Positions 50,320-63,585 of a stretch of DNA of 64,000 bases are shown here, piece by piece (positions within the stretch are counted from its first letter, which is position 1; every line of letters begins with the position of its first letter). Source of the DNA: Cetorhinus maximus (taxonomy: Eukaryota); NCBI RefSeq assembly GCF_964194155.1, contig NC_135901.1, forward strand, positions 3,348,001-3,412,000. Reading direction: 5' to 3'. A program made the position numbers and the translations under genes. The notes under the pieces were generated by a model. The model made no database searches. It was not told the origin of the DNA and saw only the letters and a list, made by a program, of their open reading frames with translations.

Positions 50320-52279
50320 CTGGGCTCCGCCATCATTGAGGATGGTGATGATTGTGGGGACCTACTTTTCCTGTTAGTTGTTTACTTGTCCAGCACCATT
50401 CTTGACTGGATGTGGCAGGTTGATCTGTGATCTGATCCGTTGTTTGTGGGATCGCTTAACCCTGCCTCGAGCATGCTGCTTCCACTGTTTAGAATGCACA
50501 TTGTTCCATCGTGTAGGGTCACCAGATTGGAATCTGAGTTTTAGGAATGCCTGGTGCTGCTCCTACACTCTGTGTTGAACCAGGGTTGGTCCCTTGGCTT
50601 GATGGTAATGGTAGAGTGAGGGATATGTGGACCATGTGGTTACAGATTGTGGCTGAATACAATTCTGCTGCTACTGATGACCCACAGCACCTCATGGATG
50701 CCCAGTTTATATTTCAACCTATTCTGAATCTATCCCATTTAGCATGGTGATAGTGCCTCACAATATGATGGACGGTATCCTCAGTGTGAACACGGGACTT
50801 TGTCTTATAAAATCACAAGAATTAGAAGCAGGAGTAGGTCATTTGGCCCCTTGAGTCTGCTCCGATCATGGCTGATCTGATTGTTGCATTAACTCCCACT
50901 TTCCTGACTGCTCCCATAACTCTTGACTCTCTTGTCAATCAAAAACATGTCCAACTCAGCTTTGAATATATTCAGTGATCCAGCCTTCATTGCTCTCTGG
51001 GAAGGAGAATTCAAAAGACTAATGACCCTCAGCAAAGAAATTCCTTCTTGTGTCTGTCCTAAAAAGGAGACCCCTTATCTTTAAACTGTGCCTCCTAGTT
51101 CTAGATTCACCCACGAAAGGAAACATCCTCCCAACATTTTCCCTGTCAAGCCCCCTCAGGATCTTGTTTCAATAAGATCACCTCTTATTTTTCTAAACTC
51201 CAACAAGTATAGGCCCAACCTGCTCAACCTTTCCTCATAGGACAATCCCTTCATTCCAGGAATCAGTATAGTGAACCTTCTCTGAACTGTTTCCAATGCA
51301 AGTATATCTCTCATTCAGTAAGGGGATGAAAATTGTGCCCAGTTCCCTCGCTGTGCTCTCTCCAATGATCTGTACAGTCATTCCTTACTTTTATACTTCA
51401 GCCCCCTTTCAAAAATGCCTCCCTAATTACTTTCTATTCCTGAATGCTACCTTTCTGTCATTCATGTACCAGGACACCCAGATCCCTCCGTACCGCAGCA
51501 TTCTGCAGTCTCTCCCCATTTAAATCATATGGTTTTACTATTGTTCCTGCCAAAGTAGACAGCCTCACATTTTACCACATTATACCTGCCACAATTTTTG
51601 CCCACTCAATTAACCTATCTATATCTTTATATCCTCCTCACAACTTGCTTTCCTACCTCTTTGTATCATCAGCAAATTTGATTATAACACAATTGATTCC
51701 TTCATCCTAGTCAGATGGTAATAGTTGAGGCCCCAGCACTGATCCTTGTGACACTCCACCAGTTACAGTTTGTCAACCCGAAAGTGGATGAGCACTGTGT
51801 GGTGGTCACTCCTATCAATAGTGTCATGGACAGAAGGATCTGCAACACGTAGATTGATGAGGACGAGGTCAAGTAGGTTTTTCCCTCTTGGTTCCCTCAC
51901 CACTGACCGCAGACCCAGTCTAGCAGCTATGTCCTTTAGGACTCAGCCAGCTCAGTCGATATTGGTGTGAGTGAGCCAGTCTTGGTGATGGACATTCCTC
52001 CACCCACTGTACATTCAATGCCCTTGCCACCCTCAGTGCTTCTTCCAAGTGGTGTTCAACATGGAGGAGCACTGATTCATCAGCTGAGGGAAGGCAGTCA
52101 GCATGAGATTTCCATGCCCATGTTTGACCTGGTGCCATGAGACTTCATGGGGACTGGAGTCAAGGTGGAGGACTCCCAGGGCCACTGTCTCACCCTGTAT
52201 ACCTCTGTGCTGCCATCTCTGTTAGGGCCTGTCTCTGAGTGTGACTGTGTCAGGCTGTTGCTTGACTAGTCCGTGAGAT
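50320..52279 (-). mobile_element. Nested decayed LINEs (family 2 endonuclease/linker region interrupted by CR1 at ~50810-51780)
   Basis: DESVLLHVEHHLEEALRVARA on the minus strand; CR1 3' end and RT motifs in the middle. Confidence 0.75.
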
Positions 52280-53106
52280 TGTAGCCAAGTTCATGTTTAA
52301 TAATTAGTTTCTAGTTTAGTTATGTGTAATGATCAAGGAATTGAAGTGTATTAATCAACTAACCTAATATGATATTCTGCTTAATTGTAATCGATGTAGA
52401 ACACTGGTAGCATGTGACTGGCTCTTTGTCTGTAGCTGCATCCTTACTTGACAAGTGAAATACAGCCCATGGCCCTAGGCTGGTGCAAAGCTACACTTTT
52501 ATGGTTTAATTACAGAGTAAATACTGCAAACCCCGTCTTGGTTGGATGAGCTAAGGTCTGGAACCGTTAACTCCCCAGCCATTGACACTGATAAGCTATT
52601 CTTGAGGTAGAAGACCCTATTGTGTGAAGAAAACAGCTGTGGGGTTTCAAACCTTTAGCCTTATGTCTTAAATCAGTTTATCCTTTTAACTTGTCGTGTT
52701 TTCAAAGAAGCAGTCACTTTCCTGAACAATATATAACCTGGTTCTGTAAACTTAAAGAATTAAGTGCTCCAATCAGTTTTTGTAGCTCTGTAGTTCTTTT
52801 GACTCATATTACTTATGAACATGTATCAATTAAATGTATCAATTGTATGCACTTTTATGTGTATCTTGCGATCTCAACTTTGACACACTGATCACCTTTA
52901 TACACTGATTTTATGCACACTACCTGTCGATTTTAGGTGCGAAGTAACTTTGTATTTTCGGTATCAGTTTAAGGCTGTGTGCCACTTTGTACCTTTTTAA
53001 TAAACTGTGTTCCAATCCCTGGCAGCCACTACGAAAACATACACCAGCAAGCAGTTTCTTTAACCAAAACATATTGATAGGCGCCTGCCCTAATGAGAAC
53101 TCTACA
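52280..53106 (+). mobile_element. Probable solo LTR (~827 bp)
   Basis: Termini TGTAG...CTACA; AATAAA 52999-53004; flanks agat/ggat form only an imperfect TSD. Confidence 0.5.
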
Positions 53107-53158
53107 GGATTTCTAAACATCAATTAGGCATTTGGGACAATGAGCCCGAGTTTTTTTT

Positions 53159-53491
53159 TATTCATTCATGGGATGTGAGTGTTGCTGGCTAGGCCAGCAT
53201 TTATTGCCCATCCCTAATTGCCCTTGTTCAGAGGGCATTAAGAGCCAACCACATTGCTGCAGGTCTGGAACCACATGTAGGCCAGACCAGGTAAGGACAG
53301 GAGATTTCCTTCCCGTAAGGACATTCGTGAACCAGATGGGTTTTTACAACAATGGATTTGCAGTCGTTATCAAACTTTTAATTCAAATTTCACCATCTGC
53401 CGTGGTGAGATTCGAACCTGGGTCCCTAAAGCATTACCCTGGGTCTCTTGAATACTAGTCCAGTGACAATACTACTATGCCACCGCCTCCC
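53159..53491 (-). mobile_element. Full-length tRNA-derived SINE with LINE-derived tail
   Basis: Minus strand A box TGGCATAGTAG (53472-53482), B box GGTTCGAATCT (53408-53418); tail shared with LINE family 2. Confidence 0.9.
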
Positions 53492-54284
53492 TCAAAGTGT
53501 TAACCATTAGGACTTGACTCCACATGCTTTCTTATCTCAAATAAGTGGACAAAGAAAACATCTTAAGGCATCCGATTATCTCAGTAGAAAGCTACAAAAT
53601 TTCATGAAATGACAGGAAAATCTATAATGAGGGGCACAGTCCCACAAGTTATTGACACATTAGAGTGTGGAGAGTCAGGAGATTAAATGAAATGGCATCA
53701 GTAGATGACCCATCAGAAACTAATCACGCACCACCTAAACCAATCGGACTGATCATGCATCGTCTGAACCAGAGTTCAGGAACACTACTGATCGTGCACA
53801 GGGGCTGTGTCTAGAAAGGGTTAATAAGCACCAGCTTTCAGGAGCATAGCTGCAGCTCCAGGAAGATGAGCAGGAAGAAGATAGATTACAGTCAACAGAA
53901 CAAGAGACAACATGACAGTTGGCCAGAAGTCATGAGCGAGTGTTCCAAAGTGAACCGACTGTTTCCACTGCCTTTGGTAAGTTTAGCATTTTGTAATTAT
54001 TATGATTAACTTAGTAAATTCTGTGAAGCTCGTGACAGCTCACTTGTAAGAAGCATGATCCTGTAGTGAGTCAGAACTGAAAGTCCTTTTATATCAGCTC
54101 TCCCAACTCAAGTCTAATAATTGTAATTGACTTAAGTTTTACAATTAAGTTAAAGCAAACCCTAGATCTGACAGAAATTGACACAAAGTCCAGCTGTTAT
54201 AGGGAGGACTTTGCAGGGTCATTGAGGGTGATCTGTCTGGTTTTATTAATTTCTGTAGAACTTTGATACAACTAAATGGCTCGG

Positions 54285-54570
54285 CCATTTCAGAGTCCGC
54301 TTCATTGCTGTGGTCCTGGAGTCACATGTCGGCAGGCCAGGTAAGGACGGCCGATTTCCTTCCCTAAAGAGCATTCGGAACCACATGAGGCTTTATAAAA
54401 ATCTGATAGTTTTATGATCATCATGACCAGCCTTTTTAGATTTATTCCAGGTTTATGAATTAATTAAATTTATCCCCAGATACCCTCAGTGGGATTCAAA
54501 CTCATGTCTCCAGACAATCATCCAGGTCTCTGGATCACTAGTCCAGTAGAATTAACACTCTACTGCCATT
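54285..54570 (-). mobile_element. Older SINE copy
   Basis: Core ggagtcacatg..ggccaggtaaggacggc.gatttccttccctaaag and decayed B box. Confidence 0.7.
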
Positions 54571-54574
54571 CCCT

Positions 54575-55161
54575 TGTGTATGTATTTAGCAAGAGCCTGC
54601 AGGCTGATGAGACTCTGTTAAATTGCTGGTGTGCTCCTGTACTGCTCTGTTTTAACAGGAGCCTGCAGGCTCATGAGACTCTGTTAAACTATCAGTGTGG
54701 TTCTGTATTCTGCCTGAAATGTAAAATGACTGAACCTTTTGTTCCTGTTATGAAATGAGGGTGTATATTAATGAGTCTCACATCCTTGCCCATGTCTGCT
54801 GCAATTGTGTAGAAGGGGGATGTGTAGAAGAGCTGGTCTTTGTATGGAGATGTGAACCAAGGAAACGGTATTTGTGTGTGATAGTGACACAGCCTTGTGC
54901 TTACACTCAGAACAATGCACAGATATCCTTGTTATATGCTGAGCAGAGTCAGATCATGAATGTAGTGAACAAGTTAAATTTAAATATCTCCTGAGTAGCC
55001 ACAGTTTGTTAGATCACAGCTGAGAAGAAGAGAGTTCTGTATTATCACTGTTATAAAGAAAAAGTAATCATACTCTATTATTCCCAGGATGTTAATAAAG
55101 TCGGTAAAAAACAATCTGTTGTAGCTTAATTTTCTGGTGTCTGAAACCACAAATTTCAACA
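54575..55161 (+). mobile_element. Possible LTR with an internal ~68-bp direct repeat
   Basis: gagcctgcaggct(g/c)atgagactctgttaaa occurs twice; AATAAA 55094; ends ttcaaca. Confidence 0.4.
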
Positions 55162-55884
55162 TTTAGAGTCAACAAGATGAGCAATTAAACACATCAGGGC
55201 CCAATACTGCAGATCAATATTCCCAGGGGAAAGCCTGTATCCAACATCTCGAGTAGATGGAACAGAGAAAGATCCCAAATATATGAAATCCTGAATCATT
55301 TTGTAAATATCTTTCAAATGCCGATAGGATCCAGCTGTCAGTTTCCGATACATTGAAGTCAATGGAAAGTGAGAGAGAGGCTGGAGAGTCAGGTTGAAAG
55401 CAGAGTTGGGGCCACTTACACTGAGACACCAAATCCAGGGACCATGAACACAGAGTATAAAATGGGAATCAGAGAGTCTCAGTCTGGGGAATGGTCCTGG
55501 TGGTGAAACCAGCTCTAGCGAGGGTGAAAGATGAGGAATAGATGAAGCGATGATGATGGAATCAGATGGTGACCAGCGGGGCTGCTGATTGGTTACTGTC
55601 AAAATCTCTTTTCAGGCAGGATGATGATTGGCTGTAAGCAGCTCAACATCTGGATCCACCTGCTCTTGTCCTGCAGTCTAATGTCCCTGATGTTTGTTTC
55701 TGTGCGAAATGTCAAGATGTGAAAGGAGGGAGGAAATCGGGCTCGAGCCAGAAGCAAGGGTCCTCAAATGAACAATTCATGAAGCTGTTTTGTGATTCGT
55801 CTGTATGAGGTTCAAATACAAAAAATGGAAAAGGATGTGTCAAGTGATACTGGTGTTATCAATTATGGTTTCTAACTCTCATCA

Positions 55885-56275
55885 TTAACTCCCAAACCTA
55901 ACATCCTATTGGCCAGCCCAAACCATTAATCCCAATCCCAACCACTGACCCCAATCCCAATCGATAACCGCGAACGCACAAATACTGACCCCAACCCCAA
56001 TCGATAACCATGAACGTACAAAAACTGACCCCAAACCCAACCAATAACCACTACCTGCAAACATTGATCCCAAACCCAATCAATAACCCCGAACACTAAC
56101 CCCAATCTGAACCAATAACAGCTAACCCCAAACACTGACACCACCCTAACCAATAACCACTGCTGCAAACACTGACCCCAATTCTAACCAATAACTGCTA
56201 ACGACACCCAAACCCTAGCCCAATTCCTAACCCCAGCCCCAATCACTAAGACCAGCACCTAAGACCCAGCTTAAC
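55885..56275. repeat. Degenerate C/A-rich ~40-bp minisatellite with telomere-like hexamers
   Basis: Unit actgaccccaa(t/c/a)cccaatcgataacc..; scattered ccctaa, cccaaa, ccctag. Confidence 0.8.
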
Positions 56276-58442
56276 TAAGGATCATTGACAGGTAGCTATG
56301 GAGGGGCTAAAGGGCTGACACAGGAAGAATTTGAAACAATTCGCTCAATTAAGGTAATAGTACGAGGTATGTTCGTAACAAGAGATTAAATCAATGAGAC
56401 CATCAAAATCAGCAATGAAAATTACAAAGATCAGAACATTTCAAAAGTTCTCACACACAGTACACGTGGAGTAGTTTTACTAAATCAGGTTCCAAAAGGG
56501 TAAAATAACACAGAAAATAACAGATTTCAAATCTCATACAAGATTGTTCTCTACAGAGTTGTGCAAATGAAATCTAGATGTGTGTAAAGTGAAACATTAC
56601 AGTTCAGCCTGTAACCCACAAGCAGCATAATCAAACGGAACAAGCTTGGGGTTTCTTTTCTTCTGCTGTCGGGGAGTAGAAGCAAAAACCACCTTAAATG
56701 TCAATATCTGAGTCAGACACCCAGGCCAAAGCTTCTGGTGTAACAGTGTGGATATCTGATAAGCTGCCTGTGAATTTCCTCTGAGGACAATGTTTGACCA
56801 TGTGCTGCAGGGTCTGTTTAGGAGCTCCACAGTCTCATGATAGGAACAGGAGAAGGCCACTCAGCCCATCCAGCCTGCTCCCGCCATTCAATATGATCAT
56901 GGCTGATCGAACACTTCAATGCCTTTTACCCCACACTATCCCCATAACCTTTTATGTTATTGTTAATCAGAAATCTATCAATCTCTCATGATGGAGATGT
57001 TTTAATCTTCCAGCTATTGAGAAGGTGGCAGCATCCACCATGACCCGGTCTGAGGCTCTTCAGGCGTGGATGATCACAGCCTTCTCAGGGCCCATCCTGT
57101 TACATGATCATAGATCACAACTAACATCATCGCAAAGGACTCTGAACTTGTCATTGAATCAACCTCCGGTGAGAGCAGCAAATCAAATGAAACTGTCCTC
57201 TTCAGGACCAAAGAAAACCACACATTAGACCAGCTATCCCAATATGTCAGCTTAACATCTAAGGCATCTCTCACTCAAAATGCCAGTCTCTCCAAAGGTT
57301 ACTCAGGAAACACAGCATTGATGCCCTGGTTCCTCAGGAAACACATATCGAACACATTCACCAGTTCAACACAAAGAGGACATATTAAAGGTTTTGACCT
57401 AATCGCTTGCAATGACCATCCCAATACGGTCATAGGCATGAACATACTCGGCCCCGTGAGCCTGCTCCACCATTCAATAAGATCATGGTTCCACCTACCC
57501 CCAATAACATTTCACCCCCTGGTCAGGTGTGTTACATCAAATAAAGTATCGAGGGCTGCACCAAACTGAAGCAGACCAGTGTTTCTGGACTTTTCACTAC
57601 GGCAATAAGTGTAGGAGAGTTAACAATCTACAGATGACTATAAACCAACAATCGTACCTGACCCACTGCTTCCTCCTCATCAACATCCATCCATCCATCT
57701 CAGAATCTTCAATATCTACCACACAATGTGGGGTTATGTAGATGTCAACTATAATGGAGAAGCAATTGTACAGTGAGCTTTACTAGAAAATAACTTCCTC
57801 CTTTTTGTTGTCAGGGTTCAAGGTACATTCCATTAATCAAGGTGGCAGAGAGAATATAACTTGGATCTATGCTTCTTCTCCAACTAAAGCAAAGGAAACC
57901 CAATCACCACCTCCAGAACCATTCCTGACAAATTCCTAACAGTCAGCACAGGTTTTCCCATCATCCCATCATTGGCAATGAAAATCCTGTCATCACATCA
58001 ACAGCAGAAACACGATGGAATTTCAAAAAAGAAAACCGGGAAATCTTCCAAAAGGCAATTGACACCAACATCAGGTGGATTTCACCAATGTGTTCAACAG
58101 ATTTATGGGATTGATGAAAGTTCGGAGCTAAATATGGAGAAGATGGACTCGATGAGAACAGAAATAACCTTGAGTTAGAAAAGGCCCCAAATAATGGCCC
58201 AGTCAGGAACAGAAGATCAATCAGTCTCCTCTTATCATTGGGGAAATCAAATCTTCAAAACACCGTGTGTCTGAAGCAAAGCTGATTGAGTCAATATTTA
58301 CACAGAACATCAATGTGCAACCCAGCTATCAAGCTTATTAATGTCAGCAGCAACAAACTCTGACTGTCAGAATGAACATGGTTCAGTCCTGGATGTGATT
58401 AACTACAGCAATAACAACAGAATCCAAATCCAACCCCTGCAG

Positions 58443-59312
58443 TCACTTGTGAACTCGCTGGTGCCTCAGCAGTGTGGATGAACGACTGAATCTCTTTCCA
58501 CACACGTGGCAGGTGAATGGCCTCTCGCCACTGTGGACTTGCTGGTGGGTCAGCAGGGTGGACGATTGAGTGAATCCCTTCCCACACACTGAGCAGATGA
58601 ATGGCCTCTCCCCAGTGTGACTCCGCTGGTGATTAAGTAGGTTGGACATCCAAATGAAACCTTTCCCACAGAAAGAGCAGATGAATGGTCTCTCCCTGGT
58701 CTGTGTGTGTTGGTGCATCAGCAGATCAGCAAGGTTTTTAAAGCTCTTCTCACAGTCTGGACATTTAAATGGTATCTTATCAGTGTGAACAAGTTGGTGT
58801 GTCAGGAGGTCGAATGAACGGGTGAATCCCTTCCTGCACACAGAGCAGGTGAATGGCCGCTCCCCGGTGTGAGTGCGTTTATGGTTCAATAGATCATTCT
58901 TCCTTTTATATTTTTTGTCACAGTCAGAACATTGAAAAGGTCTTGCCTCACTATGAATACGATGATGTGACAGGAGGTGGGATGAGTTAGTGAAGCCTTT
59001 CCCACACACGGAGCAGGTGAACAGTCTCTCCCCTGTGTGAATTCGCTGGTGTCTCAGAAGGTGGGATGATTTAGTGAATCCCTTCCCACACATGGAACAA
59101 GTGAATGGTCTCTCCCCAATGTGACTGCGGCGATGAATATGCAGCTCAGACGGGTAATTGAATCCCTTCCCACAGTCCCCACATTTCCACGGTTTCTCCC
59201 CAGCTGGACAACACTTGTGGTTTGACAGGTTATATGATCGTCTGAAGCCTCGTCCACACAGAGAACACATGAATGGCTTCTTCCAGTTATGAACAGTACT
59301 TTCTGATTCCAT
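58443..59312 (-). CDS. C2H2 zinc-finger protein, 10 finger units (2 atypical), type A
   Basis: Open frame from ATG 59312 ([13 protein letters not shown]) to HQRVHK*; acceptor ttttacag| with exon starting 59419. Confidence 0.92.
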   Translation of the reverse strand: MESESTVHNWKKPFMCSLCGRGFRRSYNLSNHKCCPAGEKPWKCGDCGKGFNYPSELHIHRRSHIGERPFTCSMCGKGFTKSSHLLRHQRIHTGERLFTCSVCGKGFTNSSHLLSHHRIHSEARPFQCSDCDKKYKRKNDLLNHKRTHTGERPFTCSVCRKGFTRSFDLLTHQLVHTDKIPFKCPDCEKSFKNLADLLMHQHTQTRERPFICSFCGKGFIWMSNLLNHQRSHTGERPFICSVCGKGFTQSSTLLTHQQVHSGERPFTCHVCGKRFSRSSTLLRHQRVHK

Positions 59313-59889
59313 GTTCAAAAGCTGATCTTGTTCGTGTCCCAATGAATTGAGTGACTGTCAGATTCTGATGCGATGATTGATTTGAGGTTCCCATCCACAA
59401 ATCATCTCCTTCGAATATCCTGTAAAATTAATTCAAATGGGAGAAAGAGAAGTGATAAACACAGTAGCAGGTTGTGAAATTGAGCTGAATGAGTCTGGTA
59501 ACTTGTGGGGAGGGCACTAGGAAAAAGTGACCATGAAAGCTGCCATTGTCATTAAAAGCCCAACTGATCCTTCAGTGAAGGGAATCTGGCCTGGACCTAC
59601 ACAAGAATCCAGCCTCGATGGGAGGAGAAAGACTGAGGTGGGAGAGGGAGGGAGTGAATGAGAACCTTCACCAGCCCAAAGGACAGTGGAACAGTATCAA
59701 CCGCAAATTCCCCTTCCAATCGCAAACCAAGCTGACTCACACTTACAGTGCCATTACCTCATTGTTGCTGGGTGAAAATCTTGTAACTCCTTAACTCAGC
59801 ACTGTGACAGTACCTTCACCACACAGACTGCAGCAATTGATCAAGCATCACCTTCTCAAGGGGAAACTGCTGATTGTCAATATTTTTTT

Positions 59890-60215
59890 GAATTCATTCA
59901 CAGACGTGGGTGTCGTTGGTTAAGCCAGCATTTAATGCCCATCCCCAACTTCCCTTGAGATGGTAGAGGTGAGTCACCTTCTGGAAAGGCTGAAGTGCAT
60001 GTGTTATAGGTACACCCAGTGTTGTTAGGAAGGGAGTTCCACGATTTTGATCCAGCAACAGTGAAGGAATGGGAATATAGTTCCAAATCAGGATGGTATG
60101 TAGCTTAGAGGGGAACTTGCAGGTGGTGATATTCCCATGCATCTGCTGCCGTTGTCCTTCTCGGTGGTAGAGTTCGTGGGTTTGGAAGGTGCTTTTTGAA
60201 GGAGGCTGAGAGAGT
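59890..60215 (-). mobile_element. LINE family 2 3' end
   Basis: Same tail as 41765-42070. Confidence 0.8.
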
Positions 60216-60479
60216 TGCTGGTCATGCTCGTGATGCCCATGTCCCAATAATTAATTGTAAAAGTTTCTGTATTTGAAATATAAAGCGTCGACATAAATAC
60301 TGTCTCCGACTTGAAATACGGCTTTTAATTGGTCCGTCTGTGTTTCTATACTCGGATTTATCAGCAACGCGTACAATTAAACAAAAGCAAAACATGCACA
60401 TGCAGGATGTCTGAAATTTTTACAAAAGTGTTTGCTAAGTCAGCATCTGTGGAGAAGGAAACAGAGTTTGCAACAAAAC

Positions 60480-60940
60480 ACTCACCGATAGGCACTGACT
60501 CATGGTGGCTGATTCCCACAATCCCCCGCGCCCCAGAAACCGCTCTATCCAGCTCGCTCCTTTCCCCAGGTGCTGAGTGCGCATGCGCCCAGGGCCAGCC
60601 GCGGGGCATTCTGGGTGGCTCCCTTGTTGTGAGTCGCACTCGATGGAAACGGGAGAAGAAACAGAGAAGCGGCGGCGAGGATGGGGGAGGCGCTGCAGCA
60701 TCGCTTTAATGGGCAGCCCCTCACCCCCGACCCCCAGCCTCCCAGCCCGGGGAAATTACCGCACGGCCGCCGGGCCCGGCCGCTCTTTCTCGATCTCTGA
60801 GAGCCGCATTCGCTGTTCCTGAGGCTGCCACATCGCGCATGCTCTGTGCATGCAGGCGGACACAGGGGGCGGGGCCTTTCCGCACCTGCGCGTTACGGCC
60901 CTTCTGATGGGGATGGGACATGTTCACGCGCGCGGAACAT
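60480..60940 (-). promoter_or_regulatory. CpG island/first exon, cassette A copy 3
   Basis: Homolog of 22725-23030; donor CG|GTGAGT at 60485; tgcgcatgcgc NRF1 ~60578; ZNF143-like sites; GC box ~60866. Confidence 0.8.
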
Positions 60941-60949
60941 TATGGACAG

Positions 60950-62048
60950 GCTAAAAGCAAAAAACTGCGGATGCTGGAAATCCAAAATAAAAATAAAAAT
61001 ACCTGGAAAAACTCAGCAGGTCTGGCAGCATCTGCGGAGAGGAACAGTTAACGTTTCGAGTCCGTATGACTCTTCAACAAAACAAAGTAAAAATAGAAAA
61101 GAAGTTAAAAAAAAGCTGGTTTAAGGGGGGGAAACAGGTAGAGCTGGATAGAGGGCCAGTGATAGGTGGAGATAGCCAAAAGATGCCACAGACAAAAGGA
61201 CAAAGAGGTGTTGAAGATGGTGATATTATCTAAGGAATGTGCTAATTAAGGATAGAAAGCAGGATAAGCAAGGTACAGATAGCCCTAGTGGGGGTGGGGG
61301 AAGGGATCGAAATAGGCTAAAAGGTAGAGATAAAACAATGGATGGAAATACTTTTAAAAATAATGGAAATAGGTGGGAAAAGAAAAATCTATATAAATTA
61401 TTGGAAAAAAAGGGGGGTGGGAAAGAAGGAGATGATTTGTGGATGGGAACCTCAAATCAAACATCGCATCAGAATCTGACAGTCATTCATCTTCCGACTA
61501 GGCACTTTACAGCCTTCCGGACTCAATATTGAGTTCAACAATTTTAGATCATAAACTCTCTCCTCCATCCTCACCCCCTTTCCGATCCACCCCCCGCCCC
61601 CCCCTTTTTTCTGATAATTTATATACATTTTTCTTTCCCCACCTATTTCCATTATTTTTAAATGTATTTCCATCCATTGTTTTATCGTTACTTTTTAGCC
61701 TATTTCGATCCCTTCCCATCACCCCACCCCACCCCACCCCCACTAGGGCTATCTGTACCTTGCTTGTCCTGCTTTCTACCCTTAATTAACACATTCCTTA
61801 GATAATATCACCATCTTCAACACCTCTTTGTCCTTTTGTCCATGACATCTGTTGGCTATCTCCACCTATCACTGGCCCTCTATCCAGCTCTACCTGTCCC
61901 ACCCACCCCCTTAAACCAGCTTCTATTTCACCTCTTTTCTATTTTTACTTAGTTCTTTTGAAGAGTCATACAGACTCAAAACGTTAACTGTGTTCCTCTC
62001 CGCAGATGTTGCCAGACCTGCTGAGTTTTTCCAGGTATTTTTATTTTT
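60950..62048. mobile_element. Penelope-like retroelement, fold-back (inverted) insertion with 11-bp TSD
   Basis: Arms ~60990-61415 and ~61595-62048 are reverse complements; right part encodes IFRLGTLQPSGLNIEFNNFRS* (ORF end); TSD attatggacag 60939-60949 and 62049-62059. Confidence 0.88.
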
Positions 62049-63049
62049 ATTATGGACAGACTGACTCGCCATTCATATCTGTTCGCAGGGAGAGGAAAGT
62101 CAGGGGTTACAGTCATAGAAAAGTAGAATGTAAAACAATGAACATTATCCACTTCCCGGAGAAGTGAATATGTCGGAGAAAATGATTATGTTAATTGCAA
62201 AGAATTACTTTTCTTTGATTTTAAATAGTTCAGTTTATACATTGAATCATGTTTAACTGTATTTCCGAACTCAGATGCATGGACTCATTTTTTATGTTCC
62301 TCTGAGCCCCTGAACTCCATCTGGCTGCATAATGTTAGTCAGTGGTGATTGATTGTCCTGGGAACTCCTGGAGATGGCTGAAGCTCCAAACAAGGGAGAT
62401 GTTCCAACATCTTCCACAAGAATGAGAATGGATACAGAACTGGTTACCATCAGCAGCACAGGGCAATCAAGGCAACTCTGAGGTTCGACAAAATCCAATC
62501 CATGTAAGACAGAAAGGTACTAACCTAGTCCTATTCCTTACATGGTTCAGGTCCTCAATGAAGGATTTAAATGATGAAATCCATGTGTATTTCAGTGCCG
62601 GTATTATACAAGTGATGTATTGATTTGTAATTTTAATATAATTTTAATTCCATATTCCTTCTTTTAATATCCATTACCACTTCCCTGTAATCTGAATTTG
62701 CTTGTCTATTCTTCTTACTACATGATTCTTACATGTTTCTATATTTTTAACTTGATTATTTTGTCTATATATGAATTTTCTGATGTAAGTCACACTTTAA
62801 TTCAGCCTCTGGCTGCGAACGTGTTTCTTGAATAAAATACCATTATTATAGCTCACAGTATGGGATCACAAACTCAGAATTACCAATTGGCACTGGACAG
62901 GAGGGTAAATAGTGACTAGGATTGAAACCCACCATCACACAGCAGCTTCATGAGAGAAAGGGAGAAAAATCTGAGCATTGCATCCCTGTTGATGTTTATA
63001 GGCTGTATTCTACCACATGGAGCATTCTGGGTAGCATCATCCACCATTA

Positions 63050-63585
63050 TCTTCAGATGCTGCCAAAAGAAGGTGGTCAGTTCATCGTATTTGTACCTGC
63101 TCATTAGTGTAGCGATTGAATTAGTCCCACTCCCCTGTTCTTTACTCATAGACTTGGATATTTCTTCCCTTCAACTTTTCACCCAATTCTCCCAAGAATG
63201 TTGCTATTGAATCTATTTCCAGCACCCTTGCAGGCAGTGCATTCCAGATCACAACAACTCACTGCTTTAAAAAATGTTCTTTTGGTAATCGCCTTAAATC
63301 TAAGTCCTCTGGTTACTGAACCTTCTGGAGAGCCTTCCTCCTTCTTTCCTTCTGTCAAAACCGCTCATCATTTTGAACTCCTCTATCACATCTCATAGCC
63401 CTTTTGTTCTGAGGAAAGCAATCCCAGTTTCTCCAGTCTTTCCATGTAACTGAAGCCTCTTATCCTTGGTACAATTCTAGCAAATCTCTTCTGCATCCTC
63501 TCTATGGCTTTGACATCCTGTTTCAAATGTGATACCCAGAGCTGAAGACAGCATTCCTGCTCAGGTCTAACCAGTGCTTTAGAAA
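63050..63585 (-). mobile_element. Decayed CR1 3' fragment
   Basis: CR1 tail-like and tcaggcagtgcattccag-type segments; weak ORF2 end similarity. Confidence 0.6.

Noticed and set aside
53400-53491. tRNA gene
   Set aside because: A and B boxes run into a SINE core and LINE tail; no complete cloverleaf or terminator
54600-54630. CTGATGA as a hammerhead core
   Set aside because: No stem II followed by GAAA; the repeat copy reads CTCATGA
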